The notes beneath the pieces are model-generated. The model was not told the DNA's origin. It saw nothing but the letters and a program-made list of their open reading frames with translations, and did no database searches. Shown here piece by piece: positions 1 to 11,800 of a stretch of 64,000 bases of DNA (positions within the stretch are counted from its first letter, which is position 1; the number at the start of each line of letters is the position of its first letter). The position numbers and the translations under genes were made by a program. The DNA is from Lingula anatina. Its lineage: Eukaryota; Animalia; Brachiopoda. Location: positions 11,694,651-11,758,650 of the forward strand of contig CM120647.1 in the NCBI GenBank assembly GCA_051362555.1, given 5' to 3'.

Positions 1-912
1 TCTTATACACTTTCTTATACACTTTTGTATAATAAATCATTAAACGCAAGCAATATATACATCTCACAAACTTGAATACAAAGATGCATATATGAAAAAA
101 AATATATCATTGTACTAGTTTCAAGCACTGTACATAAATCTCCCACAGATTTTTTATTTTTGGTCCATTCTTTTAACATTGTCAACTCCTTCAGGAGTAG
201 TACAGATACCAGTAACTGCATGTAGCTGCAACTTGAAGCGCTCAGAGTTGACACGTACAAGTAATTAATAAAAAAAGTTATATACATACAGAGTCTATAC
301 TGCCACGGCAACCGTATCAAAGAAGGCACAGAAAAGGCTTTTGATTCCCGGTATCAAAGTAATCATTTTACTGATGCAGCTGTTCCTACAAGAGGCGCAA
401 CGGAAGACGGAGAAATGATCCAACAGCAGGTGGCTTAAAGCATGGCTGAGTTCTTAGTGAAGGGACAACATATGACTTTTTTACTTTGACATTGCTCTAA
501 AGTTCATGGCCAAGACCCTCACCGAGAGTTGTTTTAAAATATTTTAGATAGGAATGGTTAATAATGAGGATGAACCTTATAGTCGAAAATCAAAATTTTG
601 CAGGACATCACCGGGTAAGTTTATCGTTTATAAGTTAAGGTTGTTTGAAAGTAATCCAAGAACAACGTGAAATGTTTTAACAATAAAAAAAAATCAATTT
701 AACCAGCAATAACCTCAGTGATTATAATTTTCAAATTCAACAGCAAAGCTTCGCCAAACAGATACTATTCAAAGGAGGGCGTTCGTAATTTTTTTTTTTC
801 AATATTACTTGCCATCCATCACATCTCTTAAATAGTTCGATAAACAAATCTACAGCCCAGCTCCCGTAGGATAGCAGACATCGTACAAAGTCACCGATGA
901 ACGGCCAACTAT

Positions 913-1682
913 CTATGGACCCCCGTGACAGTTTTCAGTGGGTTTGGAAGTTTGGAAGTAAAACCTCTTTGTCGATTGGCTTAAATACTGAGCAATTTGG
1001 TGTTTATTTTTTTCATCAGAAATCTTTCTCAGTTTTACCTGCACGTGTCGAAAGAGTTCATGTATATCCTGGATGACAGGGATTTCCTCCACTAAGCACT
1101 GGGTAAAGGGGCTCAGAGAAGACTCATTACAGCCAGCATAAGCAGGGGTACCATCAGAAGTAGAAAGTATTTTAATAATATCGTAGCCACGTTTAGTTTT
1201 GTTTAATTCTTCTAGATGAGCTGTGTGTTTCTTGATATCATTTTCTATTGACGCTGGACCTTTTCCTTCGGTCCCTTGACCTCGGCATGCGTCTGTTATA
1301 TATATTTTGACATCTGCATCTGTTTCCCCTAAGTTTAACAGAATCTTGTCCTCATCAATTGTATCGTTATTCTGACAAAGAAGTTGCGCGGCACCGTTTT
1401 CTGAAATTTTCCCGTGACCCGAAAAATAAAAAAGGACAACTGCATCTTTTTGCTTGCCCCACCCTTCTATTACATCCATGATATCCTTTTCATTTGCATC
1501 CTTTAATATGGTTACCTCAAATGGCTGGTTAAGGGAACTCAAAACCTTATACATCTCATCTGCATCATTTTCACAAGACGGCAGACTTGGAGCTGGACCA
1601 CAAGAATAGTTGTTGCCCACTACTAGAGCCAAACGCTTCTCATGGTGGCACACAGCCTCTGGAGAGGGTACCGAACTGAGTT
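913..1682 (-). CDS. Terminal exon: caspase-family (peptidase C14, para/metacaspase-like) catalytic domain
   Basis: Motifs RLALVVGNNY, LPSCENDADEM, VVLFYFSGHG (catalytic His), IYITDACRG (catalytic Cys), STSDG..A and SPFTQCL. Acceptor ttattcaacag lies just upstream of 1682; stop at 913-915. Confidence 0.9.
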
Positions 1683-4477
1683 CTGTTGAATAAATAACGT
1701 AATAAATAACAGTCCAGGAGGTACCACTGATTTTTAACGTAAAATTCGACTCTGGTGCTGGTAAAAAGTACTTAATCTGATTACCTTTGATTTGTGTCTG
1801 ATGTTGGATAATAACTTAGGCGCACCACCAACTCAACTTTGAGCAGGTGAGTGTGAACAGTAAGCTTTTTTCTCAAGACATAATGATTATATATTTGAAA
1901 ATGAGCTTACCTGGCGGTTCTGAATCAAGCCCTCCCAACCGATCTCTGATAAGGCCGTAGAATGTGTCTGATGGTTTGTCATTTGTATATTTCCTTAACA
2001 TTAAAAATACAATTCAATATATACATATATACATGTACACTGTATATACTCCCCTACCAAAAAAAATAAAAAATAAAAAAAAAAAATCACACAAGATACG
2101 AAGCGTGACGAAATGAAGAAAATTATGTAATAAACCAATATTTTAATTCAGATATCTAGAACCATGTTTCACAAAATCTGACATCTACTGAACAAGCTTA
2201 CCATCGAGAAGCCAAAGCCATATGTAAGTAGTTTGTACAGTATATTTTGGATTTGAGGACACCCCTGGCGCGTCTGTGCGCGGAGTCAGAAAAGTTATGT
2301 AACGCTTGTGATGGTGTAGGGGTAACACTTTTTTGATAGGGGAGTATATTTAGTTTTCAAGTTAGCATTTACATAATTGAAGACTGAATCTTTTTTATAA
2401 ATGATTTTTTTTAAATGTGGATTTTCATGCCCAATAAAATCTCAGTACAGTATAGACATACATGCAAATACAATTCTACAGTTGGTGTACATAGAAGTAC
2501 TTTAAACTTTAAATGTGCTAATTATCTTTCCTGGAAAATAACGCGAGCGTGCATTATCTTACCACCCAATGTGATTATCACATCCCGAGCAGTAGATTAT
2601 TTCCCATTCATATCCCTTGTACCACGTGAAGTAGCTTGTTTTCTTGGAATTCAATAAGAAACTGGTATAAATGTGGTATCTAAACGTTTTTCAAATTTTT
2701 GAAAAATAAGAGAGGCAAGTATTTAAAGTTTAAAAATATTGAAATACATCAGATCATGTATATATGGCCCTTTGACAAAACGTATCTTTCAAAATACCAA
2801 ATTTAAGGCATCAAAAATAACCTGCCTGTTTCTTACTGGTATTATTCCTCCACATATTGCAAATAATACAAGGTACAAGAGAACAGCGTTTCTGAGAAAC
2901 TCAAAATGACTGATAAAGATGATGCCTAGCTGATGTCTGATTAAAGGATATATGATAGTGGGTACACTTCGACATAAAGATGGGCTGTAACACTGTGGGT
3001 GTTATAAACCTTGTAAGACTATGAATTTTTTGTTATTCTTTCAGTACGTTACGTAGAAATATTGCTTTTGGAAGCTACTGTCTACACCATATAATATTGG
3101 CAATTGCGTCCGTGAATACGCTACAGTTGCACCTGTGATTCGGCAGGAATACAATGTATGTGAGACATGCGTAATACAGTTATGTGTGTATTTTCAATAA
3201 ATGATATATAAACATTTTGATTCTATAATCCATTTACGTGCATGATGACATATTCATACTTGGTTCATGACAAAAAAAGTACCAGGCAAGGTGAGTTAAC
3301 CTGTGCAAACTCGATTATGAAGCCCACTTATAGTGTGACCTAGCTACTTTTAAATCATGAAGGATTTTTGTTCTCTTTTGGTGGATCTTTGGGCGCTTGA
3401 AGGCTATTTTCGCCAGCAAATTTTATGTGAATATGTCTCTTCAGAGTATCTTTTTAAAAAGATATCAGTCTGTATTATGAGAGATAAAGTGACAAGGGGG
3501 AATATTTGATAAAGAAAGAAGCAGGTATATGTCCGGACCGGTTTTGGCAAAAGCTCATATTTTAGAATATAGATTATTGCTCTCTTGTGACACGTCGTAA
3601 AGAAAAAACATTTTCTGTGGGCTAAAAATGAATAAAGCTATTATATGTAGACAATTTCTATCATATTCTTGGCATTTTCATCATTTATCATTCTGAAACT
3701 GAAACCACTGTTATCTAACACTCATTGTTGTTAAAGTTCTAGGAATTGACCGCAATCTGCCCTGGTAAAAAAACTGAAAAAAAAAAAAAAAGAAACTCGC
3801 CATGATTAAAAATAGACACTGCTAAAATAACCTATAAATCGACATAAATATGATTATTAAAATCACTTCTTTATGTGTTCTATGTGCAGTGGCGACGAGG
3901 AAAAAATGTATTTACAGAAAGGGAATAACAATGCAAAAGATGACATACCCCGCCAGCCGCTCTGTAATTTATGCATTTTGACACTGGCACAATGAGAAAA
4001 TGGTATCCTGAAATTGAAGAGTAAAATAATTCCCATATTGCGCCTTATCTAAATTGTAAAAAAGTTAACATAACATTTCTTATTTCAACAGAGGGGAGGA
4101 ATGTACAATTATATAACAACAACAACAGTAATAACACTAATAACAGCAAGATTGCTCTTTTGTTTCGTTATTTTATCGATTATGTATCATGATGTATACA
4201 ACTTCAATATAATTCAACGCACCAAAAGCATTTGAAATCATCCCACTTTCGGACTTTACAATTATCATTTCAGTGCCTCGGCGCTGGCCATTTCACATTG
4301 CTTTATCATAATACTCACCACCGGGGTTCGTTACCCTTTCCAACCTTATTCCATGGACTCCAGCAATTGCTATCCTTTCACTCGAATCCCGTTCACCTTC
4401 TCTCCGTGTAACATTTCGCTCCTGGAGGTGCATTGCCTCAGCAAGCGGGGTGTTGCATTCAGCACACCACATGACGG
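913..4477 (-). CDS. Spliced gene encoding an N-terminal CULT (cereblon thalidomide-binding-type) domain and a C-terminal caspase-like peptidase C14 domain
   Basis: Minus-strand exons with GT-AG ends: 4477-4319 (VMWCAECNTPLA...GVHGIRLERVTNPG), 2679-2563 (...TSYFTWYKGYEWEIIYCSGCDNHIGW), 1993-1911 (KYTNDKPSDTFYGLIRDRLGGLDSEPP) and 1682-913 (protease). Phases match at the 2563/1993 junction (phase 2) and the 1911/1682 junction (phase 1). The exon linking 4319 to 2679 and the true start codon are unresolved. Confidence 0.75.
1911..1993 (-). CDS. Exon encoding the C-terminal end of the CULT domain (W-KYT...FYGLIRDRL) and a linker
   Basis: 83 nt, acceptor tgttaag, donor gtaag, open frame. It completes the HIGW Trp codon and contains the FxGL motif typical of CULT C-termini. 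Confidence 0.8.
2049..2344. mobile_element. MITE (~300 bp) with TA target-site duplication, in an intron
   Basis: TA|CTCCCCTACCAAAAAA ... TTTTTTGATAGGGGAG|TA terminal inverted repeats. Confidence 0.7.
2563..2679 (-). CDS. Exon encoding the CULT tri-Trp pocket and second CxxC
   Basis: Translates FTWYKGYEWEIIYCSGCDNHIGW, which aligns by eye with cereblon [23 protein letters not shown]. Donor gtaag at 2562-2558. The 5' boundary is uncertain (2679 or 2661). Confidence 0.8.
4319..4477 (-). CDS. Exon encoding the first CULT CxxC and the NP motif
   Basis: 159 nt, phase 1-1, acceptor tacctag, donor gtgag. Translates WCAECNTPLA...AGVHGIRLERVTNPG. Confidence 0.75.
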
Positions 4478-4784
4478 CTAGGTAAACAAAAACGATATGC
4501 AAACATTAAATGAGGGTATAAGGATCTTTGCAGGTATACCATGCATGCCGCTTCTCCGTTACCCACTTGGAAATTTTGGTGTATTTCGAATGTGAGTGCT
4601 TGCTCGCGTTACCTATTTATCAAATAAGTTACCGGCACAATGTCGCGATATATGTCTTGAATATCTCTCGGCAATCGATATCACTCTGGTGATAGTGTTT
4701 CATCTTGCACTTATTGCTATATAACAAGAAACAAATAGAAGACGTCTCTCTCTCTCTCTCTCTCATTTGTGTTTCATGTTAATA

Positions 4785-5577
4785 GTAGGCTTGTTAAGGA
4801 CCAAAAATTGGCCAAACGCTGCATTTTATAGTACAAATGTCTAACTTGGCATAAATGTTCCTTGGGCCAAAAGAAAAAATTTTATCCAAAGAGACACCCT
4901 CTATCGATGCATAAATTAGTATAAATTATGCAAATTAGGTGCCAAAATATATAATATTTCATATTTCCATTAATTTCTGGCCTAGAAATATGTACAGATT
5001 ATCAAACCTGACTAAATTAGGGACAAGGAACCCATTTTTGATCATTTGGAAGCAATTGGTGGCCATTTTGTGCCTCAAATCCAAGATGGCCGCCATCCGC
5101 CATTTTGAAAGTGGACATAATTTTGTTATTTTATGTTGAATTTTGAAGTGTTTGGTCTATATATACTTGATATATATATTGATTCCTACTAGCGTTCACA
5201 CATATCTTGGTAGGCACTTAAAACACCCTCTTTGTCCCTTCAAATCACCTTCTATCACTAAAACAATATCAAAAATGACTTTTGCACCCCCAAAATAGTA
5301 GGAATCAATATATATATTGCTTCCAAATGATCAAAAATGAGTTCCTTGTCCCTAATTTAGTCAGGTTTGACAATCTGTACATATTTCTAGGCCAAAAATT
5401 AATGGAAATATGAAATATTATATATTTTGGCACCTAATTTACATAATTTATGCTAATTTATGCATCGATAGAGGGTGTCTCTTTGGATAAAAATTTTTCT
5501 TTTGGCCCAAGGAACATTTATGCCAAGTTAGACATTTGTACTATAAAATGCAGCGTTTGACCCCTTAACAAGCCTAC
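4785..5577. mobile_element. 793-bp foldback MITE, copy 1
   Basis: Ends GTAGGCTTGTTAAGG / CCTTAACAAGCCTAC, ~270-bp inverted arms, flanked by TA. Confidence 0.85.
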
Positions 5578-5579
5578 TA

Positions 5580-6372
5580 GTAGGCTTGTTAAGGACCAAA
5601 AATTGGCCAAACGCTGCATTTTATAGTACAAATGTCTAACTTGGCATAAATGTTCCTTGGGCCAAAAGAAAAAATTTTATCCAAAGAGACACCCTCTATC
5701 GATGCATAAATTAGTATAAATTATGCAAATTAGGTGCCAAAATATATAATATTTCATATTTCCATTAATTTCTGGCCTAGAAATATGTACAGATTATCAA
5801 ACCTGACTAAATTAGGGACAAGGAACCCATTTTTGATCATTTGGAAGCAATTGGTGGCCATTTTGTGCCTCAAATCCAAGATGGCCGCCATCCGCCATTT
5901 TGAAAGTGGACATAATTTTGTTATTTTATGTTGAATTTTGAAGTGTTTGGTCTATATATACTTGATATATATATTGATTCCTACTAGCGTTCACACATAT
6001 CTTGGTAGGCACTTAAAACACCCTCTTTGTCCCTTCAAATCACCTTCTATCACTAAAACAATATCAAAAATGACTTTTGCACCCCCAAAATAGTAGGAAT
6101 CAATATATATATTGCTTCCAAATGATCAAAAATGAGTTCCTTGTCCCTAATTTAGTCAGGTTTGACAATCTGTACATATTTCTAGGCCAAAAATTAATGG
6201 AAATATGAAATATTATATATTTTGGCACCTAATTTGCATAATTTATGCTAATTTATGCATCGATAGAGGGTGTCTCTTTGGATAAAAATTTTTCTTTTGG
6301 CCCAAGGAACATTTATGCCAAGTTAGACATTTGTACTATAAAATGCAGCGTTTGACCCCTTAACAAGCCTAC
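5580..6372. mobile_element. 793-bp foldback MITE, copy 2 (tandem, near-identical to copy 1)
   Basis: Same sequence at 795-bp period. It shares the TA at 5578-5579 with copy 1 and is followed by TA at 6373-6374. Confidence 0.85.
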
Positions 6373-6481
6373 TATAATAACTTTAACCCCGTATGTACAA
6401 ATCTGCATTTGCTGTGAAAACGTATTCATTTGTAGAATTGCGCATAATAACGATAAAGGACGTTACACAGATAGACTTCAC

Positions 6482-6807
6482 CTTCTTGATGAGGTCCCTG
6501 TAAGTTCTTGATCACAAGTCCAATAAAATACTGCTGGCCCTTTATGAATTTCCTAGTGAAAGAATATCTTTCCTAAGCAATCAACATTATGACAACATTA
6601 TGACAAATATATTACGTGATTGAGATTGAATTTTCGTGATTGATATTTTAGAAGGGAATACTAATTATCTTTGCTTCTGGTAAGCATGTTTACAAGAAGT
6701 ACCTACCCATATGTATATTAATTAAAATAAACAGAAATAAATGTTACAAAAATATCTGAGAACAACAATGAATAAACTTTCAATCAAAGAGATCATCCCC
6801 CCCCCCC

Positions 6808-6841
<34 letters not shown>

Positions 6842-7526
6842 TAATAGAAATTCTCTTCAGGACTGCAAATAAATGAAACCCTAATTTTAATTAAAAAAAA
6901 CATAAAGGAAGAATCTTGAACAGATTATGAAACACTTCAGAATTAGTCAAACCAGTCGGATCGCCGTATAACACTATGGCACGCTGGATAAGCGGGCAGC
7001 TTGACATACCATCCTAGAAATTGTCTGCATTCTTGGCAGTGCACCTCAACCCAACTGTACCCTCCAAACCACGGAAAAGTCTCCAACACCTACAACGCAA
7101 ATATACATAGTTCTCAGCTGATGGGTAATAGGAAGTGATCAATGATTATTTCTGAAGAGTTTTTACCTGTCTCTTTTCATAAGAAGTTAATCCATAAGAG
7201 TCACCTTGTATGAGAAAATGTGAAAAAAAGCAAATGGTGTGTAAAAGGGAATTTTAGATTGCATGATGTTTGTCTTTTGGAGTATTTTGCTTATGATGCT
7301 ATAATTCTCTATAAAAGATAACACGATAACTTTTTTCTAGTGTATAATCTACATTGAGTGACGGAAATGCATTGTATATACACTTCAAGAGCAAAGAAAT
7401 GAATCGTTGAGCAATTGTGAAAGACAACGGTTTTACTTGTTCAAGTTTTAGTAAGTAGAAAGCTTACCGCTTCATCGTCCCAATCAACCCGTGCGCCTTC
7501 GACCCTCACAATCACGTGTAGATAAT
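6482..7526 (-). CDS. Two putative upstream exons of the CULT-protease gene (7526-7468 and a 16-nt microexon 6497-6482)
   Basis: Both have AG/GT boundaries and chain in phase (1-0, 0-1) into exon 4477, giving YLHVIVRVEGARVDWDDEA-GPHQE-AVMWCAEC. There is no homology support. Confidence 0.4.
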
Positions 7527-8869
7527 CTGAAATATAGGATAACATAATTTCCCTTTTAGACATTCACAGAATTTTATAGGACATCCTATATGAATTTTTC
7601 GTAAATGACCGCCTATGCTTATATCATAAATATTGAGAAAAATATAATTTGAAAACATCGTGTAATCCAAAAGTGCAGCAATCACATTTTGTACGCCATG
7701 TTTCGGTCAATTTTTGCTTGGTTCTTTATGAATCAATGTCTATTTTAAACTTAGATAAGGGAACACACATTTATTCATTATTGTTTCTTCAACTGAAATT
7801 GATGATGGTCAAAAACTCACTGTGTTGGTTTTTGAAACTCCACGTTTGCACATTTTCACCAAACAAGCGGAATCGTTTTTTTGCAGTAAAACCGTGTTGT
7901 GTCTTTACGTCATCGTTGATGATTTTTCTGGCATGAGAAATAAATGCCCCACACTTGCAGTTTATATGTCCTACGCACAAATAAAAATATGCTTTGTGAT
8001 CTCTGGAAACGAATCAGACTTTAAAATTGAAAAAGTGACATAAATTACTTCAAAAAACTAAGAATTTGCAAGCTGGCGATTTCTATATCCTACTTGACTT
8101 TGCACATCTTGAATATAAAATAACACTAATGAAAAGAAATGGACTGTGGATGTTTTCATATATACTAGTATGTTATCACCTTGATCATCAGACGGGGTTT
8201 CGTCCTCAGCAATGCCTGCACAGTCAGACACTATTTTCTTTTCCATGATCGCCTCAGATTCTAGTTTTGAAAACACTTTGGTTATATTGGTTAAGGGACA
8301 GGCTGAAAATGATGCTTGTTTTTGACTAAAAGCAAACATAAATGACGTGCGACAGTGGCCCGGTGTTGTAATGTAGAAATAGATTACATTATTAGCTCCA
8401 TTACAGTTATTTTTAAATAACTTAACCGCAAGGCAGACAGGCATGCGCTTACAAAACATAACCTCCTTGGTGGAGGTAATAATGATTGCAATGTTAACCC
8501 AACGGAAGGCGAACTCTTATAAAGTCATCTGTTTTCATGTCAGAATTTGGAAATTTATAAGTCACTGGATACTATACTTAATATCGTTTCTTTCTATTTC
8601 ATATACATTGATCATTCATAACATCTGACAAATAAATTGCTAATGTGAAACTTTTAAAATATAAAAAAAAATACATATAACACTCCATTTTGAAAAGTGC
8701 GGTTCTGATAAACGTGCATTTTTTTATCTGGACGTTGACTTCAGAATCTAAATATTACACACGTTGTCCTCCTAACATATGTACAGTGCTTATATATTTC
8801 GTCCTATACTTTCTCATGATGAACCTTAGTTAAATGACAACCTGCAGGTATGTTTTTGATAAAAAAATA

Positions 8870-11800
8870 TAGAAATGTTTAAAACAGTTACCGATTTGGT
8901 TCTTCACATCAAATGTACGCAGACCACGGCTTACAGCATACACCGCTGCTCGCTGGCTTTTGCTGATTATTGGCACCTCAGCTACTCTTTTATACCTTAT
9001 TTATGACACAAAAATATCCCCGATTTGTGTTATTGTAATGGAAGTGTTCTTTCCAAGAATGCCCATATCTGTGATATTAATTATTAATTGTATTGATTAG
9101 TAGTCATTACGATTATATATTGTTTGATTAAAAGTGAACATCTTGTACTTTAAACTTGTCACTCAACCAACGCAACACAAGCAAATGATGTTAATATATA
9201 ACCAAAATGGAAGCAGCCTCCACATTGTACTAAGTGCATATGACATTAGCTATATGCCAGAAGGGGCGACGTTTAATTTTTAATTTCATTTAATCTATAT
9301 ATTTATTAGTTTATTTAATTTTTTTGGGGGGATGGTTGAAGGAGGGTGACTATGCTATTATATTGTTATTATTACCCCCGACTGGAAGAAAATGTACTCG
9401 AGGTCCCCTTAATATGTGAATTTGTGTATCTTTTTGCAGCGTAATGCAATCTTATATGGACAGATTTGTAAAAAAATTCAGAATATGTGGCACGGGACAA
9501 TAATATGGTCATTTAATTTAATGTCCTCATCTTTTGCGTACACACCGGACGTAATTTCCAATTGCGCAATTAACTGTTTTTCGTGTACTTGGTATCCTCA
9601 TCATTGTTCCATAAGATACATCATTCGTAGATGAGTCATATTTATGAAAGTAAGTTCGTTACACCTAAGAATTCTAATCATTTCTATATCTATTGTGCAC
9701 ATAATGCTAGTGCAATAGGCGAATGCAGTATACAGTCTTTGAAATTATATCGTTTAATTTTTATTGTTTGATATATATTTTTATTTTTATTTATTTATTT
9801 ATTTATTTATTTTTTGACATAATCTGAGGGTACGATTTTCATGTATGTAACAAATAGGTAAAGAAGAGACTATAAGAATTTGGAGGTGAACGGTATTTTC
9901 TTTCATAACTCATCCCTGAATGGTGTATCTTATCGAAAAATGATGGAGATACTAAGTTAAAGAAATACAGATAATTAGGGACTTTGAAATAACTTACTGG
10001 TGTGTACGCAAAAAGTAATGGCATTGAATTAATTGACCATTTTCACACATCTACTGTACATATAATGCTAGTGTAATAGGATAATGCAGTAGACATACTT
10101 TGAAAATCTATCTTTTTAAATGTTAATCTTCCTTTCGTCCCAAACTGATGGCACGATTTTCAAGTCTGCCTGCGTCCCCAAGCAGTACGTTATTGTCACT
10201 GTGACAATATGGAAATGTTAATATCTCTTTCCAAGAATGTCCATATCTGTGATATTAATTATTACTTTTATTGATTAGTGGTCATTACGATTATATACTG
10301 TTTGATTAAAAGTGAATATCTTGTACTTTAAACTTGTCACTCTACCATCGCACCACAAGGAAATGATGTTAATGTATAACCAAATGGTATCAGACTCCAT
10401 ACTGCACTAAGTGCATTTGACATTAGCAGTAGGGTTGACGTTTTATTTTTTATTTTATTTTATTTTTGAATACATTTGATTTCATTTATTTATTTCTTAG
10501 TTTATTTGATTTTTTTTTTTTTTTTTTTTTTTTTTGGGGGGGGGGGTAGAGGAGGGTGACTATGCTATAGTTATCATTACCCCCGACAGGAAGAAAATGT
10601 TCTCGAGGTCCCCTTAATATGTGAATTTATCTTTTCGCACGTAATGCAAACTAATATGGACAGATTTGTAAAAATATTCAGGATATGTGACAGTGGACAA
10701 CAGTATGGTCAATTAATTCAATGTCCTTATCTTTTGCGTTCATACTGGGAAGTAATTTCCAATTGCGCAATTAACTGTTTTTCGTGTACTTTGTATCCTC
10801 ATCATTAGTCCATAAAATACCTCATTCGTGGCATGGATGAGTCATATTTATGATAGTAAGTTCGGTACACCTAAGAATTCTAATCATTTCTATATCTATT
10901 GTGCATACATGTATAATGCTGGTGCAATAGGCGTATGCAATAGATATTCTTTAAAAATCTATTATTTAAATTCTATAACAATAATAATTATTATTATTAT
11001 TAACACAAACTGAGGGTACGATTTTCGAGTCTGCCAGCGCCCCCGATCAGTACGTTATCCCCACATCAATTAATACTATATGCCGTATAGTTAACGGTTT
11101 TTATGGAAACAAGGTGGTACCATGCAGATTCAACACTGTATTAGGTGTATACAGCATTAACCATACTCCGGAAGGGGTGACCTTTTTATCATAATTTTTT
11201 AATTAATTAATTAATTAATCAATTATTTAATTAATTAATTTATTTTTATTTATTTATTTATTTATCTATTTTTATTTTTTGGATGAGTGGGGGGTGATTA
11301 TGCTCGGTCCCCTACTTTGGGAATTTGTTTGTTTGTTTGTCTTTTCACAGCATATGCAAAAATACGTGGTAAGATCTCCTAAACATTTTCATGTATGCGA
11401 CAAATAGGTAAAGAAAGAGATTATTAGAATTCGGAGGTGTACAGTATTTTCTTTCATAACTCATCCCTGAATGATGGGGATACTAAGTAAAAGAAAAACA
11501 GTTCATTAGGGACTTTGAAATTACTTCCTGGTGTGTACGCAAAAAGTAATGACATTGAATTAATTGACCATTTTCCACACATCTACCGTACATATAATGC
11601 TAGTGTAATAGGAGAATGCAGTAGACATTCTTTGAAAATCTCTCATTTAAAATTTTAATTTTCCTTTCGTCCCAAACTGGGGGTACGATTTTCAAGTCCG
11701 CCTACGCCCCCGAGCAGTACGTTCTTGTCACATCAGTTAAAAAATTTAGCCGTATAGTTAATGGTTTTTAAAGAAAGTAGTTTGCATGGGCCTCTCATTC

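Noticed and set aside
2202-2273. Apparent minus-strand exon with good AG/GT sites
   Set aside because: It lies inside the 2049-2344 MITE, and exons 2563 and 1993 already join in frame to give HIGWKY.
4939-5934. Identical 66-aa ORF pair
   Set aside because: They lie within the duplicated non-coding MITE.
7575-8808. Possible TIR element bounded by TATAGGAC/GTCCTATA
   Set aside because: Only 8 bp match and there is no second copy to confirm the boundaries.
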